Below are positions 8,196 through 17,950 of a DNA stretch of 56,321 nt, one piece after another; position 1 is the first letter of the stretch, and each line of letters opens with the position of its first letter. The translations under genes were made by a program, and so were the position numbers. This DNA is from a virus (lineage: Duplodnaviria > Caudoviricetes), in IMG/VR virus record IMGVR_UViG_3300035682_000045, positions 1 through 56,321 of that record; one strand, given 5' to 3'. The notes beneath the pieces were generated by a model. It had not been told where the DNA came from and made no database searches. It saw nothing but the letters and a program-made list of their open reading frames with translations.

Positions 8196-10229
8196 ATGTC
8201 AGAAAGCGTATTTTCATTTCGTTTGTCAGAAGAGTTTGTAAATAAATATCAATTAATTCCAGCACCTTTTGGATTCTCAGATGCAGGGTCTAACTCTTTG
8301 GGAGAAATAACATTTATTCGTACATATTCTCGTGTCAAGGAAGATGGAACTAAAGAGCGCTGGCATGAAGTTTGTCGTCGTGTAATTGAGGGTATGTATT
8401 CAGTACAAAAGAATCATGCCAAAGATAATCGTCTACCATGGAATGATAACAAAGCACAAAAGTCTGCACAAGAAGCCTTTCAAAGAATGTTTGAATTAAA
8501 GTGGACACCACCAGGCCGTGGTCTTTGGGCATTTGGAACTCCCATGACAATGGAAAAGCGTAACTCCGCTTCCCTTCAAAACTGTGCAATGGTGTCAACA
8601 AGAGACATTGATCGCAATGATCCTGGTGCATTATTTGCTTGGGTGATGGATGCATTAATGCTGGGTATTGGAGTAGGGTTTGATACCCTTGGACAAGACA
8701 AGCAAATGTCTATTTATGCTCCTACTGAGCCAGCATCTATTTATGAAATTCCTGATACCCGTGAAGGATGGGTTGAGTCAGTCCGTCTTTTAATTAATTC
8801 ATTCCTTCGTCAAAATCAACCAGTACAAGAGTTTAACTATGACCTTATCCGTCCTCTAGGTGCCCCTATTAAGGGCTTTGGTGGCGTTGCAAGCGGTCCA
8901 GCACCACTTATTGATCTCCATACACGCATTCGTAATGTAATTGGTTCTAGAGCAGGAGAAGCTTTAGATAGCCGTGCTATTGTAGACATTGTTAACCTAA
9001 TTGGAACATGTGTTGTATCTGGTAATGTTCGTCGCTCTGCAACTCTTGCACTTGGTACTCCAGAAGATAATGGTTTTATTAATCTTAAGAACCCAGAAGT
9101 ATTTCCAGATCGTAACTCCTATGATCCAGAAAAGCCAGGTTGGGCATGGATGTCTAATAATTCTATTTCTGCTGAAGTTGGAACAAAGTATGAAGATTAT
9201 GTTGATTTAATTGCAGACAATGGAGAACCAGGATTTATCTGGCTTGATGTTGCAAGAGATTATGGTCGCCTTGCAGATGCACCAGACTATAAGGATTCCC
9301 GAATCATGGGATTCAATCCTTGTGCGGAGCAGCCATTAGAGTCATACGAACTTTGTACGCTTGTAGAAGTGCACCTTAATCGTCATGAGTCTAAGGAGGA
9401 CTTCCTCAAGACATTGAAGTTTGCATATCTTTATGGAAAGACTGTAACTCTTATGCCAACACATTGGCCAGTAACAAACGGTATTATGCAAAGAAACCGT
9501 CGCATTGGCACATCTTTGACAGGTATTGCTGCATTTGCAGATCAATATGGTTTACCTACAACCCGTGAGTGGATGGACGAAGGCTACAACACAATTCGTA
9601 AATATGATCACCAGTACTCAGAATGGCTATGTGTTCGTGAATCAGTTCGTGTAACAACGGTCAAGCCATCAGGATCAGTTTCCCTTCTTTCTGGTGCAAC
9701 TCCTGGAGTTCACTGGGGACCTGGCGGAGAGTTCTATCTACGTGCCATTCGCTTTGGTAACCAAGACCCAATGCTACATCTTTTCAAAGCTGCAGGGTAT
9801 AAGATTGAAGATGATCTAGTATCAGCAAATACATCAGTGGTTTACTTCCCAGTTGCATCAGGACATAGACGTGCTGAGAAGCAGGTTAGCCTATTTGAGA
9901 AGATTGGTTTGGCAGCAACTGCTCAGAAGTACTGGTCAGATAATGGTGTTTCTGTAACTCTTTCTTTTGATAAAGACACAGAAAAGCAATTTGTTGCCCC
10001 AGCTCTAAATATGTATGAGGGTCAGCTAAAGGCAGTCTCATTTCTTCCAATGGGCAATAAGACATATCCTCAACAGCCATATACAGAAATATCAAGAGAA
10101 GAATACAACGCATACGTAGGAACAATTGGTAAGATTGATTGGTCTGCTATTTATGATGGTGTAGAAAACCTTGAGGCTCAAGGTGAAGCCTACTGCTCAA
10201 CAGATGCTTGCGAACTTAAAACATATTAA
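8196..10229 (+). CDS. nrdJ: Class II adenosylcobalamin-dependent ribonucleotide reductase (monomeric type)
   Basis: Motifs RTYSR, PPGRGLW, LQNC, GNVRRSA, catalytic NPCAE, TTVKPSGSVS and C-terminal CSTDAC redox cysteines. Confidence 0.93.
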   Translation: MSESVFSFRLSEEFVNKYQLIPAPFGFSDAGSNSLGEITFIRTYSRVKEDGTKERWHEVCRRVIEGMYSVQKNHAKDNRLPWNDNKAQKSAQEAFQRMFELKWTPPGRGLWAFGTPMTMEKRNSASLQNCAMVSTRDIDRNDPGALFAWVMDALMLGIGVGFDTLGQDKQMSIYAPTEPASIYEIPDTREGWVESVRLLINSFLRQNQPVQEFNYDLIRPLGAPIKGFGGVASGPAPLIDLHTRIRNVIGSRAGEALDSRAIVDIVNLIGTCVVSGNVRRSATLALGTPEDNGFINLKNPEVFPDRNSYDPEKPGWAWMSNNSISAEVGTKYEDYVDLIADNGEPGFIWLDVARDYGRLADAPDYKDSRIMGFNPCAEQPLESYELCTLVEVHLNRHESKEDFLKTLKFAYLYGKTVTLMPTHWPVTNGIMQRNRRIGTSLTGIAAFADQYGLPTTREWMDEGYNTIRKYDHQYSEWLCVRESVRVTTVKPSGSVSLLSGATPGVHWGPGGEFYLRAIRFGNQDPMLHLFKAAGYKIEDDLVSANTSVVYFPVASGHRRAEKQVSLFEKIGLAATAQKYWSDNGVSVTLSFDKDTEKQFVAPALNMYEGQLKAVSFLPMGNKTYPQQPYTEISREEYNAYVGTIGKIDWSAIYDGVENLEAQGEAYCSTDACELKTY

Positions 10230-10260
10230 TGGTAGATAGTGGTTCACATTAGCATCATTA

Positions 10261-10269
10261 TGGTATACT
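10261..10269 (+). promoter_or_regulatory. Extended -10 promoter TGGTATACT, probably giving a leaderless mRNA
   Basis: ATG at 10277 lies 7 nt after the hexamer; no SD. Confidence 0.55.
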
Positions 10270-10276
10270 TATGGTT

Positions 10277-10687
10277 ATGAGTAAAACAAATAATCCATTA
10301 ATTAATCCAAACACTGGTTTGCCAATTGTTGGAAACGTACGTAAAAAGGTAATTGAAAAGAACTACGACTGGGGTCTTTACGTATATAAAAAGGCTAATG
10401 GGCGATGGTTTACTGACGGCAACGGAAATGTGCTCAACATTGAGTCCATGCGTAGCGATATTTCAAAAATAACTGAGCTAAAGAATGCAGCAAAATACTA
10501 TGGTGATGCAGGTGACGGAGAAGCAATCTTCGTTCCTGGACTTACACGCATTTCAGAAGAAGAGCATTCGGAGCAGCTTGACCGTATGGTTAATGGTTTG
10601 ATTCCTTCACAAAATGACTTAGGTGCTTGGAAGGCTGCAAAAGATACACTAAATACATATGGAAGAGAAGCGTACGAAAATGGCTAA
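10277..10687 (+). CDS. Hypothetical protein upstream of portal
   Basis: ORF with phage-like codon usage that overlaps the portal start. Second ATG chosen from promoter spacing. Confidence 0.7.
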   Translation: MSKTNNPLINPNTGLPIVGNVRKKVIEKNYDWGLYVYKKANGRWFTDGNGNVLNIESMRSDISKITELKNAAKYYGDAGDGEAIFVPGLTRISEEEHSEQLDRMVNGLIPSQNDLGAWKAAKDTLNTYGREAYENG

Positions 10688-12284
10688 TGAAGAGTATCAG
10701 TATATTTCTGCAAGTTTGAATACACAAGAACAAGCACCAAATTCTTTTAAAGAGCAAGATCCCTTTAATAAGTCTTGGGATAACCTAAAGGATTACTCTG
10801 GCCTAGATCAAAACTTTCGTCGTAGAACTGCTAGAAATATTGGAAAAGCTTTAGATGTAACTAGTCAGGCCTACATGGATTCTGCTAATACAACACCTTC
10901 AGGAGTAGATGCTGGATCTAAGGCTATCAATCCTGGAACGGTATACAGAAATGGTTACGGTCTATTTGATGTAATTACTCCTCCATATAACCTATACGAA
11001 CTTGCAAATTTTTATGATACATCATTTGCTAACCATGCTGCTATTGATGCAAAGGTTGCAAACATTGTTGGTCTTGGATATTCGTTTGAAGTAACAGATC
11101 GCACTATGCTTTCTTTTGAAGGTAAAGAACAAAGTGCTACAGATAAAGCACGCAAGCGCATTGAAAGAATGAAGCTTGAAATGCGTGACTGGTTAGAAAA
11201 TCTAAACGATGATGATTCTTTTACAAAGACAATGGAAAAAGTTTACACAGATGTTGAATCAACTGGAAACGGATATCTAGAAATAGGTCGTACCGTTAAT
11301 GGTGAAATTGGATATATTGGACACATACCTTCAACAACAGTTCGTATTCGTCGTCTACGTGATGGATACATGCAGATCATTGGACAAAAGGTAGTTTACT
11401 TTAGAAACTTTGGAGCAAAGAATCCTAACCCAGTAACAGCAGATCCACGACCAAATGAAATTATTCATATTAAGGAATATTCTCCACTCAACACTTACTA
11501 CGGCATTCCTGATATTATTGCAGCACTTCCTTCACTTATTGGTGATCAGCTTGCCTCACAATACAATATTGATTACTTTGAGAACAAGGCTGTTCCACGA
11601 TATGTTGTGACACTAAAGGGAGCTAAGCTTTCTGGAGAAGCAGAAGATAAGATGTTCCGTTTCTTGCAAACAGGTCTAAAGGCACAGTCCCACAGAACTC
11701 TTTACATCCCACTTCCTGGAGATACTGACCAGAACAAGGTTGAGTTTAAGATGGAGCCAATTGAGAACGGTATTCAAGATGGTTCATTCAAAGAGTACCG
11801 TAAGCAAAATCGTGATGATATTCTTGTTGCTCATCAGGTACCAATTTCAAAACTTGGCGGTACTGACTCAGCAGCAATCGCAGCATCAATTGCACAAGAT
11901 AGAACATTCAAGGAGCAAGTTTCACGTCCTGCACAAGGTCATTTAAACAAAGTCATTAGCAAGATCATCAAGGAAAAGACAGACATTCTTGAGCTTAGAT
12001 TCAATGAACTTACATTGACAGATGAGATTACTCAGTCACAAATTCTTGAGCGTTATGTTAAGACTCAGGTTATGATGCCAAATGAGGCTCGTGAAGCAAT
12101 TGGACTTCCTCAACATCCAGATGGAGATACTCCATTTGAAATGTCTCCAAGACAAGCAACAGATGCTAGAGCAAATGCATCTGGCAATAGAGCAAGAGAT
12201 ACTGAACGAAACAATAGTCAATCTGATGGGCCTGCAACCACAACTGGACGCAATCCACAAGGTGAAGGTAGAGCGTCTCAATAG
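10680..12284 (+). CDS. Portal protein
   Basis: Motifs TGNGYLEIGR, EIIHIKEYSPLNTYYGIP, YFENKAVP and MPNEAREAIGLP; position before protease and capsid genes. Confidence 0.9.
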   Translation: MANEEYQYISASLNTQEQAPNSFKEQDPFNKSWDNLKDYSGLDQNFRRRTARNIGKALDVTSQAYMDSANTTPSGVDAGSKAINPGTVYRNGYGLFDVITPPYNLYELANFYDTSFANHAAIDAKVANIVGLGYSFEVTDRTMLSFEGKEQSATDKARKRIERMKLEMRDWLENLNDDDSFTKTMEKVYTDVESTGNGYLEIGRTVNGEIGYIGHIPSTTVRIRRLRDGYMQIIGQKVVYFRNFGAKNPNPVTADPRPNEIIHIKEYSPLNTYYGIPDIIAALPSLIGDQLASQYNIDYFENKAVPRYVVTLKGAKLSGEAEDKMFRFLQTGLKAQSHRTLYIPLPGDTDQNKVEFKMEPIENGIQDGSFKEYRKQNRDDILVAHQVPISKLGGTDSAAIAASIAQDRTFKEQVSRPAQGHLNKVISKIIKEKTDILELRFNELTLTDEITQSQILERYVKTQVMMPNEAREAIGLPQHPDGDTPFEMSPRQATDARANASGNRARDTERNNSQSDGPATTTGRNPQGEGRASQ

Positions 12285-12306
12285 TTGAGAAACATATAAA
12301 AAGGTT

Positions 12307-12315
12307 TGGTATAAT
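12307..12315 (+). promoter_or_regulatory. Extended -10 promoter TGGTATAAT
   Basis: 9 nt before the protease ATG; no SD. Confidence 0.6.
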
Positions 12316-12324
12316 AGAATCGTC

Positions 12325-13632
12325 ATGAATATAAATAAAGCACATTGGTCAACAGACGGCGATAATGTACGTCTGTCAATGCCACTTACAAAAGTAGACA
12401 AAGAGAAGCGCATCGTTTCTGGATTTGCATCTTTGGATAACCTTGATAAGCAAGACGATATCGTCACAACAGAAGCATCTATGCAAGCATTTGCAAAGTT
12501 CCGTGGAAATATCAGAGAAATGCATCAACCATCAGCAGTAGGCAAGATGGTTTCATTTAAAGAAGAAAAGTATTTTGACCCAGAGTCAAAGAAGTTTTAT
12601 AAGGGTGTTTTTGTATCAGCGTATATCTCAAAGGGCGCACAGGATGCATGGGAAAAGGTTCTTGATGGAACCTACACTGGTTTTTCTATTGGGGGACGAA
12701 TGAACAAGTGGGATGATGCATATGATGAAAAAGCAGATAAGACAATTAGAGTTATTAAAGAATATGATTTGATTGAGTTGAGTCTTGTAGATTCCCCAGC
12801 AAATCAATTTGCAAATATTGTATCCGTTGAAAAGGTTGACGGAGTAGACACACTGACAGGTTCATCAGCTAATGTAGTTGTTGAGAATGTATTTTATGAT
12901 TCAGAGTCTGGAATAGTAACTCTATCTGCAAACGAATCAGAGGTAAGTCCAGTTACTGGCGAAGAAATGAAAAACATTGGTTTTGTTGAAAAAAATGATT
13001 CAGAAAAAGTAGAAATGATAAAGTTCTTAGTTGATAGTGCAAAAGGCATTAGAACAATTAAGATAGCAAAGGAGGATAATCCTATGACAGAAGAAACAAC
13101 AGCAGTTGTTGATGCTCTAGCAGCACCAGCAGCAGAGGTAGTTAATGAAGTTGAGGTTGCTCCAGAGGCTCCTGCAGAGGCAGTTGCAAAGTCACTAGAA
13201 GTTACAGAAGAAGTTGTAGCAGAAAAGTCAGATGCAGTTGTTGAAGAGGTTAGTGCTCCTTCTATTGAAGAAGTAACAGAGAAGGCTGACGAAGCAATCG
13301 TTGAGGTTGCAACAGCAACAGCAGAAGTTGCTAAAGCAGTTTCTGAAATCCAGAACTCTGTAACTAATGCCTTGAGCGATCTAGCAGCAACAGTAAAGGC
13401 TATGCAAGCTAATGTTGATGCAATTACAAAGTCTCTTGAATCCGTAACAGAGGAAGTTAAGGAAGTTAAGGGAAGCTTTAATGAGTTTGGAAAGACCGTA
13501 GATGCCGTAGTTGCAGATACCGCTTTCCGCAAGTCTGGCGATCTCGGCGAGATTGTACAGGAATCACCTAAAGTGATTCAGAAATCCCTATGGGGCGGAC
13601 GTTTCCTCACAAATTCCGACCTATTTAACTAA
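12325..13632 (+). CDS. HK97-type prohead protease fused to an acidic scaffold domain
   Basis: VSGFAS...LDKQDD, REMH, GFSIGG and LIELSLVDSPANQFA; Glu/Ala-rich coiled-coil C-terminal half. Confidence 0.88.
   Translation: MNINKAHWSTDGDNVRLSMPLTKVDKEKRIVSGFASLDNLDKQDDIVTTEASMQAFAKFRGNIREMHQPSAVGKMVSFKEEKYFDPESKKFYKGVFVSAYISKGAQDAWEKVLDGTYTGFSIGGRMNKWDDAYDEKADKTIRVIKEYDLIELSLVDSPANQFANIVSVEKVDGVDTLTGSSANVVVENVFYDSESGIVTLSANESEVSPVTGEEMKNIGFVEKNDSEKVEMIKFLVDSAKGIRTIKIAKEDNPMTEETTAVVDALAAPAAEVVNEVEVAPEAPAEAVAKSLEVTEEVVAEKSDAVVEEVSAPSIEEVTEKADEAIVEVATATAEVAKAVSEIQNSVTNALSDLAATVKAMQANVDAITKSLESVTEEVKEVKGSFNEFGKTVDAVVADTAFRKSGDLGEIVQESPKVIQKSLWGGRFLTNSDLFN
13084..13632 (+). CDS. Putative nested in-frame scaffolding protein
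   Basis: Internal SD GGAGG (13071-13075) 8 nt before in-frame ATG 13084 (MTEETT...). Confidence 0.6.
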   Translation: MTEETTAVVDALAAPAAEVVNEVEVAPEAPAEAVAKSLEVTEEVVAEKSDAVVEEVSAPSIEEVTEKADEAIVEVATATAEVAKAVSEIQNSVTNALSDLAATVKAMQANVDAITKSLESVTEEVKEVKGSFNEFGKTVDAVVADTAFRKSGDLGEIVQESPKVIQKSLWGGRFLTNSDLFN

Positions 13633-13658
13633 AACAAAATCACTAGGAGGTGAACAAT

Positions 13659-14786
13659 ATGTCAGAAACAACAAACACAGATCTTCAAAAGTCTTTTAAT
13701 CATCCCACAGGTGATGGCGTTGCCGTATCAGGTGGAATTGGTGGTGCAGTAGCACAAGGACCCGATGGAAATCTAAGTCCAGCAGCTTCACTTGGTAATA
13801 TTGCGACAGCAAATTACGGATTAACTACTGGTCCAAACGCAGTAAACCCAACTGGTACACCAGGTGGTATTCTAGCACCAGAGCAGGCACGTCGCTTTAT
13901 TGATTATGTATGGGATGCAACTGTACTAGCTAAAGATGGACGTAGAGTTACAATGCGTGCTAACACAATGGAACTTGAGAAGGTCAACGTTGGAGAGCGT
14001 GTCATCCGTGCAGCAGCACAGGCACAACCTACATTTGAAAATGCAGGTGCAACATTCTCTAAGGTAGAACTTACAACCAAGAAGATTCGTCTTGACTGGG
14101 AAGTTTCAACAGAAGCACTAGAAGACAATATTGAAGGCGCAGCACTTGAGGATCATCTAGTTCGCTTGATGACCAATGCATTTGCAAACGATATTGAAGA
14201 CCTTGCCATTAATGGTGATGGTTCAACAGGTGACTTCCTTTCAATCATGGAAGGTTTCGTAAACCGTGTTAAGACAGATGGTGGAGCACATGAGTCAATC
14301 GTTACTGTAACAGATAACGCATGGACACCAGAAGTTATGCAGGATATCATCCTAGCAATGCCACGCAAGTACCGTGCTATCAAGAACAATCTAAAGTTCT
14401 ACGCAGGTACAGATGCATTCCAGGGAATCGTTAAGAATAACGGTACACTTGCTGATGCAGTTGCAGAAGCATTTGCAGGACAGATCGCAGGATCAACACA
14501 GGCTAATCGTCAAGCTTACCTAGATGGTGGAGCACAGACATTTGGTGGAGCACGTACAACACGTGTTCTTGGTGTTGACGTTCAGGAAGTTCCATACTAC
14601 CCAGCAGGCTATGTAGATCTTACATTCCCTTCAAACCGTGTATGGGGATTCCAGCGAGATATCACTGTAAACCGCACATACCAGCCAAAGAAGGACACAA
14701 TTGAGTACACAGTATTCGTCCGCTTTGGTCTACAATGGGAAGAGCTTGATGCAGTTGCTTACGCAGATGCTGCAGTAGAGTCATAA
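13659..14786 (+). CDS. Major capsid protein (HK97 fold)
   Basis: Strong SD AGGAGGTG; motifs GGILAPEQARRFID, EALEDNIEG and DIEDLAINGD; follows the protease gene. Confidence 0.9.
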   Translation: MSETTNTDLQKSFNHPTGDGVAVSGGIGGAVAQGPDGNLSPAASLGNIATANYGLTTGPNAVNPTGTPGGILAPEQARRFIDYVWDATVLAKDGRRVTMRANTMELEKVNVGERVIRAAAQAQPTFENAGATFSKVELTTKKIRLDWEVSTEALEDNIEGAALEDHLVRLMTNAFANDIEDLAINGDGSTGDFLSIMEGFVNRVKTDGGAHESIVTVTDNAWTPEVMQDIILAMPRKYRAIKNNLKFYAGTDAFQGIVKNNGTLADAVAEAFAGQIAGSTQANRQAYLDGGAQTFGGARTTRVLGVDVQEVPYYPAGYVDLTFPSNRVWGFQRDITVNRTYQPKKDTIEYTVFVRFGLQWEELDAVAYADAAVES

Positions 14787-14799
14787 TCTCAAATTAACT

Positions 14800-14838
14800 T
14801 GACGAGGGAGACAGCGTAAAAACTGTCTCCCTTAGTCA
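14800..14838 (+). terminator. Strong hairpin/terminator after the capsid gene
   Basis: AGGGAGACAG-cgtaaaaa-CTGTCTCCCT stem with a weak U tract. Confidence 0.65.
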
Positions 14839-14843
14839 TATTC

Positions 14844-14852
14844 TGATATAAT
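14844..14852 (+). promoter_or_regulatory. Extended -10 promoter TGATATAAT
   Basis: Intergenic; followed by SD GGAGG. Confidence 0.6.
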
Positions 14853-14868
14853 AGCAGTGGAGGATACA

Positions 14869-15207
14869 ATGTCATTAATAGATGAATTAAAAAGTAAAAC
14901 TGTCTTTGAACTAAAGTCATACGCAAAGAAAAATAACATTGACCTATTTGGGGTAAGTACAAAAAATGATATTTTAGAGGTAATTTTTAGCTTTGTGCCT
15001 AAAGAGTCATCAGAGCTAGTGGTTAAAAAGCAAGAGCCAAAAGAGAAGGTAGCAATTTATTCAGTTCGCAATCTTTACTGGAATGGCGTTGGTGAGTTAA
15101 CCAAGGGGTATAACATAGTCACTAAGGAGGATGCTGATAAATGGATAACAAACAAGTCTGTACGCACAGCTTCTCCAGAAGAAGTGAAGAGAGCATACGG
15201 TAAGTAA
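14869..15207 (+). CDS. Hypothetical protein with a Rho-N/HeH-like helical N-terminus
   Basis: ELKSKTVFELKSYAKKNNI...KNDILEVI pattern; SD GGAGG. Confidence 0.6.
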   Translation: MSLIDELKSKTVFELKSYAKKNNIDLFGVSTKNDILEVIFSFVPKESSELVVKKQEPKEKVAIYSVRNLYWNGVGELTKGYNIVTKEDADKWITNKSVRTASPEEVKRAYGK

Positions 15208-15210
15208 CCC

Positions 15211-16173
15211 ATGGAAGCTTTAAGATTACCACCATATCCTATTCTTGTCACGTATACCGTTGCAGAGCCAGACACGGATCATATAGTTCATATCAAGGAC
15301 AAAGACAGAAACGACATACTTGCAGAATATGAAGTAGAGTCTTCTGCAGATGCCAAGGTATCAATAGAACTTTCTGGAGATTTTACTAAGTATGACGACA
15401 GCTACTACCTGGTTATTTATCAGGATTCTGTAGATCAAGACTCAATCGTTGTTGAGGATAACCTAGAAGTAAAAAGACCTTACGTAAACCCTAACAAGCT
15501 AGGAACAACAGCATCTGAGGTTGCAGAGTATGCTCAGCATGAAAGAATTGCAAGAGCTATCATTGATTCAATTACAGGTGGTTTTTACTATAAGGTTGAG
15601 TGGCTTGATAAGACTGGACAAGGAACGGACTACCTTCCTATTTGGGACAGAACTTATAAAATTTTAAAAGCGTATGAAAACTCAGAGCTAGTATATGATG
15701 CAACTTTAGAGTCTCCTGTTCTTGGTGAATGGGTATATGAATTAACAAAAGATAAAACTGCTATTATGAAAAATACAGAAACAGCAGGATTAGTTGGAAA
15801 TAGATCTGAGCAAAAGGGTATGAACCTTCATGTTGCTCCATCAGACTCATTCAATGTTTATGACACAGACTACAGCGAAAATGCATATACATTCGCAACT
15901 GGTGCAGCCTTCCCAGAAGGATGGGATTATCTATTCTTGCTTGAAATAGGATACAAGGTTGTTCCTCACGATATTTATGAGGCAACATTAATGCTAATTG
16001 AAGATGTTAAGTGTGGCAAGGTAGATTATTACAAGCGATATGTGACATCATACAATACAGAACAGTTTAGAGTTCAGTTTGACAAGACAGTTCTAGACGG
16101 TACTGGAAATATGATCGTTGATAAGATTCTTGATAAATATAAGCAAGGTATCACAAGAATAGGTATTCTTTAA
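15211..16173 (+). CDS. Putative head-tail adaptor/connector
   Basis: Position; ERIARAIIDSITG and GYKVVPHDIYEATLMLI...TGNMIVDKILDKY are adaptor-like. Confidence 0.6.
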   Translation: MEALRLPPYPILVTYTVAEPDTDHIVHIKDKDRNDILAEYEVESSADAKVSIELSGDFTKYDDSYYLVIYQDSVDQDSIVVEDNLEVKRPYVNPNKLGTTASEVAEYAQHERIARAIIDSITGGFYYKVEWLDKTGQGTDYLPIWDRTYKILKAYENSELVYDATLESPVLGEWVYELTKDKTAIMKNTETAGLVGNRSEQKGMNLHVAPSDSFNVYDTDYSENAYTFATGAAFPEGWDYLFLLEIGYKVVPHDIYEATLMLIEDVKCGKVDYYKRYVTSYNTEQFRVQFDKTVLDGTGNMIVDKILDKYKQGITRIGIL

Positions 16174-16619
16174 TGCAATGCGAGCCAACAGACTTTATAT
16201 ACCCAATGCTTGCAGATGTTTACTATCCAATAGTAGATCAGGGAGCATACGGTAACGTAAAGAAGCAGTGGATTCTTGATAGATCTATTGCCTGCAACTT
16301 TGCTCCTACTGGCCAATCAGCATCTGAAGATGTTAAGCCAAATGTTAATATAACTAAAGAAAATATACTATTAGGAAGAACCAAAACAGACCTTAGAGTA
16401 TCTTCATCAAACAACAGAAATTCAGTAACTAATGTAGTTGTAACAAACATAAGAACACCACAACAAGAAGACGTATACCTAGAAACTTCTGGCCCTAGAA
16501 ATGGAAGATCAACAATCTATGAAATAGCATCAACTGAAGCTATAGTTGGACCATTTGGAAATGTTGAGTATTATAAGGTAGTCTTGAGACGTTCAGAGAA
16601 TCAGGCAAGTGACCTATGA
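16173..16619 (+). CDS. Putative head-closure/stopper protein
   Basis: Size, position and beta-rich sequence; TAATG coupling to the previous gene. Confidence 0.5.
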   Translation: MQCEPTDFIYPMLADVYYPIVDQGAYGNVKKQWILDRSIACNFAPTGQSASEDVKPNVNITKENILLGRTKTDLRVSSSNNRNSVTNVVVTNIRTPQQEDVYLETSGPRNGRSTIYEIASTEAIVGPFGNVEYYKVVLRRSENQASDL

Positions 16620-17290
16620 TGAAAGTCATAATGAACAACGCTGCTTTTAAAAAAGATATGAAGAATATTATTGACTATTCAATAGGATTTTTAGATGGGG
16701 TTCAAGCAGGAAAAACACCATTTTTAAACAACATGGGAATAATGACAAAAGAATTATTAGAACAATATATAGATTCAAATGCCAGGGTAAATCCAGAAGC
16801 ACTACACCATATTTACGAATGGTATAAAGTGGGAAGTCCTGATGCACGTCTATACGATATAAACTACACAATAAGCAACCTTGGCCTTTCGTTTGTGTCA
16901 ACATTGAAGCAATCAACATCAATTAAAGATGGCTCATCAGTACCTTTTTATAACAAGGCAAAAATAATGGAAGAAGGCACTCCAGTAACCATAAGACCAC
17001 GCAAGTCAAACGTGCTGGTCTTTGAAGATGGTGGAGAAACAGTCTTTACTAAAGGCGAGGTTTTTATTCAATCACCTGGTGGTCCAGCCACTAAGGGTGC
17101 ATTTGAAAATGTAGTAAACACATTTTTTAATAGATACTTTACTCAGGCTTTTCTAAAGTCAAGCGGTATGTCTGAATATTTAAGTAACCCAGTAGCATAC
17201 AAGAGAAACTTAAAGTCAGGAAAAGCCTCTGGCAAGACCAAGGGCTACCAAGTAGGTTACAGATGGATAGCGAATGCGGGGATTAGATAA
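16616..17290 (+). CDS. Putative neck/tail-completion protein
   Basis: Position in the neck cluster; IMEEGTPVTIRP...VLVFE motif. Confidence 0.45.
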   Translation: MMKVIMNNAAFKKDMKNIIDYSIGFLDGVQAGKTPFLNNMGIMTKELLEQYIDSNARVNPEALHHIYEWYKVGSPDARLYDINYTISNLGLSFVSTLKQSTSIKDGSSVPFYNKAKIMEEGTPVTIRPRKSNVLVFEDGGETVFTKGEVFIQSPGGPATKGAFENVVNTFFNRYFTQAFLKSSGMSEYLSNPVAYKRNLKSGKASGKTKGYQVGYRWIANAGIR

Positions 17291-17874
17291 TGGCAAATGA
17301 TTCACCACTAAATACACCAGTTCTTTGGATTAATAAATACTTACAGGCTAAGGTTCAGGAGCTAACAGATATTGAAACCCCATTTTTTCCATCAACACCA
17401 TCTACCCTAGAAAATCTGACAGTAATGTTTCCAGAAGGTGGCGTAATGGCTACTTGGGATAGATTAATTAAAATGAATCGTAAGGGATTCCCACACATCA
17501 AGTGTGAGCAGCTTCTTTATTATTTCTATGCAACAGCAGAAAATACTGTAGAAAATATGGTTCAAATTCAAGAGTCAGTCCTTAGACTTATGGATCGTTT
17601 TGACGAAACAGCAGAAGAGGTAAATAACTGGTGCTCTAACAGACAGATAAACCTAGGTACAGAGCAGAACCCAGATCTAATAGATAACATGTTTTACTTC
17701 CACAACTTTAAGGTATACCAGCTTGAGGAGACCAGAGATATTATAGACTTTGGCACAGCCCGTACCTATGGCGGTAACAAGATAATCATTGACTTTGATT
17801 ACCACCAAATGCCAGACCTTACAAACAATGTTTGGACCCCAGAGCCTAAGTTAGCCACAAAAATAGTCCTATAA
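17290..17874 (+). CDS. Putative tail terminator protein
   Basis: Immediately upstream of the major tail gene; size fits. Confidence 0.45.
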   Translation: MANDSPLNTPVLWINKYLQAKVQELTDIETPFFPSTPSTLENLTVMFPEGGVMATWDRLIKMNRKGFPHIKCEQLLYYFYATAENTVENMVQIQESVLRLMDRFDETAEEVNNWCSNRQINLGTEQNPDLIDNMFYFHNFKVYQLEETRDIIDFGTARTYGGNKIIIDFDYHQMPDLTNNVWTPEPKLATKIVL

Positions 17875-17879
17875 AACAC

Positions 17880-17888
17880 TGTTATAAT
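17880..17888 (+). promoter_or_regulatory. Extended -10 promoter TGTTATAAT for the major tail gene
   Basis: Intergenic; SD AGAGGTG near ATG 17951. Confidence 0.6.
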
Positions 17889-17950
17889 TGACTTGAGGAA
17901 ACACAACGCCGTACAATTTAATATCTATTTTTACAGAAAGAGGTGAATAA

